The position numbers were made by a program, and so were the translations under genes. 64,000 bases of DNA from Gnetum montanum (taxonomy: Eukaryota > Plantae > Gnetophyta). The DNA lies in NCBI GenBank assembly GCA_015680685.1, contig MNCI01002773.1, forward strand, positions 23,616 to 87,615, given 5' to 3'. Below are positions 53,756-64,000 of the stretch, piece after piece. The first letter of the stretch is position 1, and each line of letters begins with the position of its first letter. Below the pieces are notes generated by a model, which saw nothing but the letters and a program-made list of their open reading frames with translations, ran no database searches and was not told where the DNA came from.

Positions 53756-54533
53756 TGATGAGTGGTGAGGTACCACTACACTCAACCATACGAATACGAG
53801 CATTTCACGCACGATCTGGTTGAACTCCGCAGACGGACTAGTTGTGGTATCTAGACAGTTATCCTTAGGTCGCAGTTCGCTGTCTTTCCACCTGGACTAG
53901 TATTAGCTTGTCACATATTATTTAGTTCAAAGTGAGGTGTATGATGTGTTTCTATGCTAATGCTACTCCTAAAGACAATGAAAGATAATATCAACTAAGC
54001 TAAGAGTGAAAGGGTGAGAGAAAATATAAGCTAGCCTAAGTGTGATGAGCATCCATTCCTCAATCATCTGTACACATCTTGGACATCATGCACAACTACC
54101 ACTGGGATTACCAAGCGCAGATCCTAGGTACACTACTGGGTTACCAAGTAGTCACACTTCAATGCTCGTAATCGAGTCATACTCATTCCGCATTTAATAG
54201 GAGTTTAGGATAAGAAGAGATTAACTAAGAAAGAAGTAAATAACAATTAAGTAAATAATTAAGCTAAGTTAATGCTACAATGATGAAGTAATCTCAATCT
54301 TTATTTTCAGTCATGTGCGTGTCCAAGTACATCACACTCGAATAAGGATGTCATACAATTACAATTACCACACTACGGGCATACACTGGGAGGAAAAGTG
54401 TTGAGAGGAAAAAGAAAAACTAAAATCAAAACTAACTCTAAAACTAACTTACTACTATTAGAACTGCCTTCCTCTTATTTATAGATGAGGAGATAGGCTG
54501 CGATATCACGCAGAACAAAATTGCGACTCATCA
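53756..54533 (-). repeat. Athila-like 3' LTR (778 bp)
   Basis: Direct repeat of 60481-61257; inverted termini TGATGAG/CTCATCA. Confidence 0.95.
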
Positions 54534-54599
54534 TACCCCCACAACTGAGTGAAAACTCGTCCTTGAGTTACAGTGAGAACAAGCTCCATTAGTTATAGT

Positions 54600-56577
54600 G
54601 GAACTCATGTAGTTCTTGGTTGACCTGGATGAACATTTCTCACAATTGATGGAAATGTTCTTCGAGAAAATTCTTTTGCTTCTCCACAGAGGTCAACTGA
54701 AGGTTGTCGGCAACAAAATACTTGTTTTCCTCCTGTAAGGCTTTAAGTGCCTTAATATGTGCATGAGTTTGCACCTGTGCTGCAGAGGCATCCCAAACAA
54801 CCTTCTCTTTTTCTTTAGCTACCTTTTTATTCTCCATTAGTAGTTTGGTTAGCTACTCAATTTTGAAATTTTTCAGCTAGTCTGCAGGAACAAATTGTGA
54901 AGGGTCCCGTTGTGCTACTTGTAGGGCCATGAGCTTTTCTTGTAATTTCTGCACCTCTGCTTTAGCATTCTCGGCCCTCACTTCTATTAAGACCAGCTTC
55001 CACTTAGTGAAAATGAGGTTTGATTGAATTGTTGTAACATCTTGAGGGATGTCAAACAGGAACGTCATTATTTGTCCTATTTTTAGCAATTGATCAAGCA
55101 CATCCTCATGTTCTGTAGGAGTCATTGAGGTTCTAGCCAAAGTTTGAGCATCCCATGCTCCCATGAGATCTTCCAATGGTACAACAAGTACATTGAATGA
55201 TTCTTTAATGTGGTCTACGACCACTTTTGTGGCTCCTGCTGCATCCTGGTGTTGCATGACCACCACTGTGGCCCCTTCACCAATTTCTAATTGCACTTGG
55301 AAAGATGCAGCATTTCCTAAGATCTGTTGTGACCAAATACTCTCCCCTCCTCCTATGTGGATGGACACCTCACCCCTTGCATGATCCAAAGAAACCATGG
55401 GTTGTATGGCATCGTCAATGATGCAAAAGAGATTTGCATCATCATGACTTCCCCAATTGACTGTCACAGTGATGGCCCTGAGATGGCTCATCGACGGTCT
55501 ATAATCTTGTAGTGTCGGTGGTTGATCCTGGCCCATGCTAGGCCCTGCTTCCTATTCTTGGCTGGGTCCCATACTTGGAAAGTGGCTGGAGCCTACAAGT
55601 TGAGTTGTAGTTGGTTCAGTTGTTTATTCTTCTTCTTGTTCTAGTCCCAGCATCTCACTAGTGATTTTCCTTGCGGCTAGTGGCTTTAATAGTTTAGCAT
55701 ATGAAGCATTTTTTGCCTTTTGAAGGACATCATTAGTGTATCCCCTAATACCAGCACGTTGGCATAGCTTCTTGATAAGGCAAGGAAAGGGCAACACCAT
55801 CTTCCCTATCTTCTATTCCTCGAACCACCTCAGGATCTCTGTAAGGTATAGATGAGGCAGGTTAGCATTAACCTTCTCCATCAGCACTGCACAACCTCTT
55901 TCCGCATATGTTGAAATCCTTTACAGGCCCTTCGTGGGGAAGAGGTGATACGTTTCAATTTTGAAATAGATCTTCTCTTCCATTGTTAGCTCTCCAAATG
56001 TCTTATCCCTTCCATATGCCCTTTCCAACCAAACTCGTCGCACATCGGGGTCTGAATGGGTAAACAACTGAGCAACCTAGAGCCCTATATTTAGAATGTT
56101 TAATAATTCTAAAATGGCCTACACAGAGAAGTCAACTATCACACCACAAATATTAATGATGGTGCCTTATTCTCTATTGTGCCAGAATTAGTATGTCTTC
56201 CCTAGGTACCAGGCACCACTTTTAGAGAGGGTAGGCCATAAGGGAGACCCTTTGAGGTGATCCCTAATAGCCTCAGGAGCAAACTCTGGAAAATATTCAA
56301 AATTTAATTCCACAATCACCGTAGTGAATGTGGACCTTTCGTGGACAACCTGAACACAATCCTGGGGCAACGTGAGATGCTGTCCATGTTCAGGCACTGT
56401 AGTAGCTCCTCCTTTTGCCTGCCTAGACTGTACAGTAGGAGGGTCCTCTTGATGAATGCTAAATGATTTTTCCTCCTACTCTACATGTTGTCCAGCAAGG
56501 ATTTCCTCTTTGCCTCTCCTAGGTTGTTTACTTCCACCTTGGGCAGGACCTTCTCGTTGTCCACGTTTCGAGGCCAT
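54600..56577 (-). pseudogene. Athila env-like/accessory ORF (plant-transposon-protein-like domain plus coiled-coil), with stops and deletions
   Basis: Starts MASKRGQREG right after TTGCAG; LPFPCLIKKLCQRAGI motif; coiled-coil-like AEVQKLQEKLMAL. Confidence 0.7.
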
Positions 56578-58499
56578 CTGCAATCACACGGGGCCAAGCA
56601 TTAGTAAGGTTGTTTCAAAAGTTAAGTTATACCTTACTGCTTATCTTAATTAACTAATTTGTTTTATCTTCGTGTAATGTTTCCCAAAAGATTATAATAG
56701 TGGGTCCTTTCTACTTAGGTGGTTTCAAATTTTAGTTTCCCAATCCTAAGGGGATGACATTGTTTTTGACACATTTTATTCTTAATTTTAAAACTAATTA
56801 CCCTTGATAATGTCCTTTGGGTGATGAAAAATTCCAAAAAATGTTATGTGCTATTCGGCACATGCCCCTCCCCCACGACTAAGCTGAACACTCCAGGTTC
56901 AAGTAGGTTCAGACGAAATAAAAATTGAAGTACCAGCAAGCAAGATATAGGTAGAAAAGCAAGGGTGTCACACTCACAAGTCGTAGAGAAATTTTTTTTG
57001 AAAAACTCCCCCGCGTGATTTGTGAAAAATGAGGTTAAGTGTTGTGAAGGGTCGCCTTTTTATAGGTTATAGGGATGCGATATCATGTATGATACATTGC
57101 GTACGCGATATCGCAACCTAACATTGTTTAGGCCCCAGGGAAAATATTGAATTTCTAGGGTTTTTTTGGAAATTAATAATGGAAATTAAGGACATGTGGC
57201 AGGTGTTTAAGGGTTTTAGGGTAATTTAACTCATTTCGAAGGCATGAATAATGATATGTGGATGGACTTGAGCAATAAGGCCTCAGGTGGCAAGTGAGAG
57301 AAAAAGGTCATGTAATGGTTACATAGGAACATTGGAATTTGGAGGGATAGTAATAAGGGAAAGAATGTTATGAAAAATAGGCTGAGGGTAAGAAATGGTA
57401 TGTGTGAGCTGTGTCATAAGTGAAAATTACAAAAGATTACACAAGTGGGTCCTCCCCAAAGCAGGTTCCAACCTATAATGCCCTTGTGTCACCGCACTTA
57501 AAAGTGTCCATGGGCACTTGAAGGGTTAAATGTAATCCACACTGGTTCCGCAAAACACACACATGTAAATATCATTGGAATGAGGTAAGAATTCTATGTT
57601 ACACATGACACGAGATACACTTACATAAACAGTGAGATGAGACGAACTATAGAAGGGATTGTAGAGATTGGGACATGAGGTAACGGACCTAGGGCATAGT
57701 GAATCCTATATGTAAAGCATGATTAACGTGTCATTAACCTATCATTCCAAGATTAGGACCAAGTCCATTCCTCTGATTAGTGACACCACATTGTTTCATC
57801 CCATGATGAGCGACTATGAGAGTACCAAAACAACAAGGCATATGATCACTTGGCATTTTATTCAAGGGAGGAGTGATTTTTACTTGTGGCACTTTTCTCT
57901 TCTTTTTCTTTTCTTCTTTCTCTTTCTTCTCTCTTTTTTTTTGATTGATGAATCTAGAGAAGCTACCAACCTTTAGGCATGGGTGCATGTCTTTCTAGTG
58001 GGACCCCCTAGAAAAACATTGGATTTTTAAGTGCCTTTTGATTACTCTTACTTCCATTTTTCATTAGATCTACAAGGATCTTAGTACAGCCATGTTGCAT
58101 GACAACTCCCACAGACGTCACCAAAGAGAATCTGCAAGTCCCCTTGATGTCACACCCTAATCATTCCCTCTTGGTCCATACTTCTTCATTTTGGGTACAA
58201 TGAACACAAAATTAATTTTTAAGTTTTAAAAATGTCAAGAATATTGTTGTACCCTTGATCAGAACCTCTTATTTGTAGAATGGATGAGTGGGTGTAATGG
58301 GCTCACTGTCCACATAATTGATCACTCGAGACTTGATAACATAGAACACACCTCAACCAACGATCCACATGAGTGTTTTATTTGTAGAAGAGATTACTTA
58401 TAAAAAGATAAAAAGACAAAAAGACAAAAAGATAAAACAAGAAATTAAAAGATGAAAAGCTCAAAAACAAAAATTGTAAAATTAAAGAAAATGAAAAAT

Positions 58500-60340
58500 A
58501 TTTATTAATCCTTCTTGTTATTAAAATGGGGGATATCCCCCATAATTAAATGGTTGAGGATGGAAAGGATTAATAAATGGAAGATGAGGATCCTTGCATG
58601 TTGGAAATATTGGAACTTGGTCATACTTACCCCATTAGGGTTCACACACTTGATTTTAGTAAGCATAGTGGGGCAATTTGTAAGATGTTGTTCTTGGGTA
58701 AAGAGTTGGCCCACTATGATGTTTGTGACCGTAAGATGGTATGCAAGGATCAAGATGTTGCCTTCCATGCCTATGTTCATTGGGCCATATGATTGTTGGA
58801 GTGTTAATTAGTGGCCCTGATGAAGTGACATGAGGTGTTGGGTTCGAAGATAAGGGTGCACCACAAGGTTGGACTTGTACAGAGTTGGAGGATGCAGTGG
58901 CCTTAGAATTGTGTTGTCCCTTCCTAGGGTCATTTATAAAGAAGGGACACCTTCGATGTTGCTGAGGTCTCTGACTACTATTGGAAATAGTAGCACAAGT
59001 AACGTTCGAAGGTTTTTGCTATGGTGCAGACACCTTAGTAATAGTTGGTGGAGATGTAGAAGGAGGGAAAGGATGAGAATGTTGAAAATTAGGAGAAGTG
59101 AAAGGTGCACAAGGTGGTGGTTGTGTTGAGGACATGGGCTGATAGTATTGAGGAGAATAGTAATGCGGTGAGATAGAGTATGTTGACCTAGTTGGAGAAA
59201 TAGGATGTTGAACTCGATAAGCATTTGGATTTAGAGGATATGAAGGGTGTCTCTAGTTTAGAGATGGATTCCCCCATGACTGGGATTGTTGCCACTGTGA
59301 TTGAACACAGTATCTCTGTACGAACTCTGGGTGTAACATGCTTTCCCAATGCTCATATAGATGTAACAGGATTGGGCACTGGTCCTTGGGATGATCATAT
59401 AGTCAAATATTACATTCATATGTATGATTGGCAGTTGAGCTCTTATTTTCCTTATCCCTTCTTTCCGATTGTCTACTGATACTTTGTCCTTCTTCTTGGG
59501 TTGTCAAAACTCTATCTCCAATGATATTGATATATTCTCCACACTTTTTATGCATCCATTCCAACATCTTATTAGTCTTTGCCTCGACTTCCTCTAATGA
59601 TTGTTGTACTGGAAAAGATGGTTCTTTCTCCTTGTGGTAGGTTGATTTCTCCTTTTCGTGATTATGGACCTTTGTTAAGTTGAGATTTTGGTCCCATTGA
59701 TGTTTTTCAACACTCTCCCATCTAGCCATTTCNNNNNNNNNNNNNNNNNNNNNNNNNNNNNNNNNNNNNNNNNNNNNNNNNNNNNNNNNNNNNNNNNNNN
59801 NNNNNNNNNNNNNNNNNNNNNNNNNNNNNNNNNNNNNNNNNNNTATCTTTCGTTAAAAATTTCTACCATTGTTAGCAAACGTCATATTGAATTTGGTTTT
59901 AACAATCTATACCATACTTTTTCTTGGCCAACGAGTGTCATAGGAAAGAGCTTGAGTTTTTTCCAACCATTATCAATGTTGTTCCATGTACAGGCATCAT
60001 AGAAGGCTTGTAAATGCTGATGCAGATCTAAGTCATAATCTCTTGAGAAGTTAGGGAAGTTGTTTAAATTGAGCTTGGGTAGATGGCTCTCTTTACGATG
60101 CCTATGGGAGATTTGAACAGCCTGTTGTATTTGCATTAGGCTTGTAGTGGCCATTGGGGGTTCATCGTCATCAAGTAAGTTATTCTTTCTTGCGTTGGGA
60201 TGATGTTTCCTTTGTTTATGTTTATAATAAATGTCCACCTCAGGTTGCGTAATCCAATCTTCATTTTCATATAGTTCGTTGGTTCTCCAATGAACTTCCT
60301 CACTAGATGTGGCATTATTATAGTCTTGTAGGAGAGGCAT
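58500..60340 (-). pseudogene. gag: Athila-type gag, degenerate
   Basis: FPNFSRDYDLDLHQHLQAFYDAC..KLKLFPMTLVGQEKVWYRLLKPNSI directly downstream of the PBS; 3' end approximate. Confidence 0.85.
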
Positions 60341-60480
60341 GATTGTGAAGTTGTGTGTGAATTCGTATGTGAATTTTTGTAATTTTTTTTCTTAAAAGAT
60401 ATATCATTAATTTATTTACAATGACCTGGTATGATATAACTAATCTAGATAACTAGCACCACCCTCGGCAATGGCGCCAA

Positions 60481-61257
60481 TGATGAGTGACGAGGTACCC
60501 CTACACTCAACCATACGAATACAAACGTTTCACGCATGATCCGGTTGAACTCCACAGACGGACTAGTTGTGGTATCTAGACGGTTATCCTTAGGTTGCAG
60601 TTCATTGTCTTCCCACCTAGACTACTATTAGCTTGTCACGTATGGTTTAGTCCAAATTGAGGTGTATGATGTGTTTCTATGCTAATGATACTCCTGAAGA
60701 CAATGGAAAATAATATCAACTAAGCTAAGAGAGAAAGTGTGAGAGAAAATCTAAGCTAGCCTAAGTGCGATGAGCATTTGTTCCTCAATCATCTGTACAC
60801 ATCTTGGACCTTGTGCATGACTACCACTGGGATTACCAAGTGTAGATCCTAGGTATGCTACTGGGTTACCAAGTAGTCACACTTCAATGCTCATAATCGA
60901 GTCGTACTCATTCCCCGTTTAATAGGAGTTTAGGGTAAGAAGAGATTAACTAAGAAAGCAGTAAATAAAATTTAAGTAAATAATTAAGCTAAGTGAATGC
61001 TGCAATGATGAAGTAATCTTGATCTTTATTTCTGGTCATGTGCATGTCCAAGTACGTCACACTCGAATAAGGATGCCATACAATTACAATTACCACACTG
61101 CGGACATACATTAGGAGGAAAAGGGTTGAGAGGAAAAAGGAAAACTAAAATCAAAACTAACTCTAAAACTCACTTACTACTATCGAACTTCCTTTCTCTT
61201 ATTTATAGATGAGAAGACAAGCTACGATATCGTGCAGAACAAAATTGTGACTCATCA
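60481..61257 (-). repeat. Athila-like internal shared LTR (777 bp)
   Basis: PPT on one side and PBS on the other; homologous to 53756-54533. Confidence 0.95.
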
Positions 61258-61479
61258 TACCCCCACAACTAAGTGAAAACTCGTCCTCGAGTTACAGTGA
61301 GAACAAGCTCCATTGATTACACAGTGGATAGGTACGGGATTATTGGATGGTGAAAATGGATTTATGCCGTAGTGTGGAATCAAGACAAGATTAAGACACA
61401 ACACAAAGAATGTGCTATAGCTACAAAAGTGGTGGAACTCATGTAGTTCTTGGTGGTGGTGGCTCCTCCATAGGTGCTT

Positions 61480-64000
61480 TCCCCTTGTCTTGTGCTCCAG
61501 GTCTTGGGGCTTGATGGCATTGAAGTATGGCCTACAGTTTCTCCTCTTTAGTCCAGGGATCTTGTGTCATCCATGTTAATGTTCCGATGTTTGATGGAGT
61601 CAGCACCTCCCATGGATAGGGTAGTTGCGGAAACATTTGATTTGCTTTGACATACCAGGCCGCAAATACCTATCGTTCCTCCTCGTAGGCTCTGGCTTTG
61701 TCTTTGTATTCTTAAAAATATGCAAGCCATCAAGCCAAATCTATTGTGACACCTTTTTTTCTTTGGTATCTTGCTTTCACCACCTCAAGTTTAGAATTTG
61801 CAATCTCCAGTTTTTGCAACATTTTCTTGCATTCTACAAATTCCATTTCATATTTTATGTGGGTGGTAGCTACTTGTTGCTCAAGCTTTGTTCTCGAGCA
61901 TCCTACTGTTAACATGGCAAGGTTGGCATACCACAAATTTGCCAACTCCATGTATTTTGTAAGATCTTGGATCTGCAGGTCCTGGTTCTTAACTTCCGCC
62001 TAGTGGGCAAATGCATATGTGTCCAATATGGCTTGCTAGTTAGTGTGTTGAAGCATTGATAGCATTGATGTGGGCCTTGGCCATATGGATCTCCTTCTCA
62101 AGAATATTTTTGTACATCCCCACCTGGTCTCAGAAGTGCTCCTTTAGCTTTTCATGCCATTTAGCCTCGTTTTTCCACACGCTTATTTCAATAGCTATCT
62201 TTTGACAGATTGCGCGTACCTCCTCCATTAAGAGGGTTTGATTCTCCTTAGCTAAACAGCTTATGTCTTGGTTGACCTGGATGAACTATTCTCACAATTG
62301 ATGAAAATGTTCTTCGAGAACATTCTTTTGCTTCTCCACAGAGGTCAACCAAAGGTTGTTGGCAACAAAATACTTATTTTCCTCCTGTAAGGCTTTGAGT
62401 GGCTTGATATGTGCATGAGTTTATGCCTATGCTATAGAGGCATCCCAAATAGCCTTCTCTTTTTCTTCAGCCACCTTCTTATTCTCCGTTAGTAGTTTGG
62501 TTAGCTACTCAATTTTGAAATTGTCTAGCTGATCTGTAGGAACAAATTGTGAAGGGTCCCGCTATGTTGCTTGTAGGGCCATGAGCTTTTCTTGTAATTT
62601 TTGCACCTCTGCTTCAGGATGCTCAACCCTCACTTCTATTAAGACCAGCTTCCCCTTAGTGGAAATGAGGTCTGATTGAATTGTTATAACATCTTGAGGG
62701 ATGTCAAATAGGGACATCATTATTTGTCCTATTTGTAGCAATTGATCAAGTGCGTCCTCATTTTCTGCAGGAGTCATTGAGGTTCTAGCCAAAGTTTGAG
62801 CATTTCATGCTCCTGTGAGATCTATCAGTGGTACAACAAGTACATTGAATGATTCTTTAATGTGGTCTGCGACCACTTCTGCGGCTCCCGCTGCATCCTA
62901 GTGTTGCATGACCACCACTATGTCCCCTTCACCAGTTTGTAATTGCACTTAGAAAGATGCAATGTTTCCTGAGATCTATTGTGACCAAATACTCTCCCCT
63001 CCTCCTATGTGGATGGACACCTCACCCCTTGCATGATCAAAAGAAACCATGGGCTGTATGACATCTTCAATGATGCAGAAGAGATTTGCATCATCACAAC
63101 CTCCCCAACTAATAATCTTAGCGATGGCCCTGAGATGGCTCATCGACAGTCTGTAATCTTGCTGTGGCAATGGTTGATCCTGGCCCATGCTAGGTCCTAC
63201 TTCCTGTTGTTGGTTGGGTCCCGTACTTCTAAGTGGCTGGGTCCTAAAATTTGGTCCTCAGTCATGTGGGCCCAATCCACTTCCTTGAGATTAACACCTA
63301 TCAAGATGTTTCTCTCATTGACATTAGTCCATGTAGGTAGCACCCATGAAAATTTTGTGGTAGTCACGTCCCCAGAAGCAGTAGTGACCTAAGGAGTTGG
63401 GGAATTAATTACCATAACAAAGCATTCAAACAACTTGAAGGCATCTCCAATGTTGATTCCCCTCACAAAAAACTCTAGATTGCACCTCTCAATTGACTCC
63501 TCCTATAGCCATTTGAGGTAGCTCTCTTGTTTGGCCTTGTACTTTCTTTTGTGATCCTTTTCTGCTTGACCCCACACAAGGGCCCAAGTACAATAGTCTC
63601 TCCACTCCCTAGCTTTGTGAGGCAAAAGGTTCATCTGCAACTTCTGCTTCACAAGACTCCTAGCAAGAGTAACCTTGCCATGGATGGCATTCCAGTACCA
63701 TGCCCATTCTATTTTCTTAGTTCACAAGGAGTCTCTATTAGCCACTTCACCTTTTACAAACTCCTTATCATCCCTAAGGTCTTTAATCTCCTCAACGTAC
63801 TTCTTATTGTCCTTTTCTAATGCTACATCTCACTCCCATAGGAACTCATTAGAACATTGGCATTCCCATGAATTTTAGGCACGTGAGAGTGCACATTCAG
63901 TGGCACTTTCATATCACCTTCGTGGAACATTTTTCACTTCAAGTGGTAGGTTAGGTAGTTCATCAATTTCATCAATTTCAATGGCACAGTTGGGATCCCA
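61480..64000 (-). pseudogene. Longer, less-deleted copy of the Athila accessory ORF, running off the window
   Basis: ORF fragments 62562-62792 and 62976-63188 match 54877-55536; coding-like sequence continues at 63250-64000. Confidence 0.7.

Larger units (their letters stand above)
53756..64000 (-). mobile_element. Tandem Athila-like elements (internal-LTR-internal-LTR); the complete unit has gag and an env-like ORF but no pol
   Basis: LTRs 53756-54533 and 60481-61257 (TGATGAG...CTCATCA), both preceded on the minus strand by PPT GTGGGGGTA; PBS TGGCGCCATTGCCGAGG at 60479-60463; 54534-55595 is homologous to 61258-63247. Confidence 0.9.

Overview
Land-plant nuclear DNA (spliceosomal introns, plastid transit peptide, strong CpG decay in old repeats), mostly nested retrotransposons. 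The one intact host gene is a divergent 5-exon chloroplast co-chaperonin CPN20 (28166-32885, +). Mobile elements, in order: a comparatively young Ogre/Tat-type Ty3/Gypsy element (1-8779); a SIRE-like Copia fragment; Tat and Athila pol relics; a CRM-like chromovirus; a second Tat/Ogre unit; an RTE LINE; a Copia relic; a Galadriel-like chromovirus interrupted by a solo LTR and a full-length Copia; a 21-bp minisatellite; and a tandem pair of Athila-like units sharing one LTR. Main finding: just upstream of the Ogre RT-RH-aRH-INT frame, which opens exactly at a splice acceptor, lies an antisense multi-exon gene. It encodes a degenerate FCP1/NIF HAD-phosphatase-like domain joined to an Athila-ORF/plant-transposon-like domain, so it looks like an accessory gene inside the element's intron. 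All calls were made by eye without searches or alignments; boundaries of old relics are approximate.
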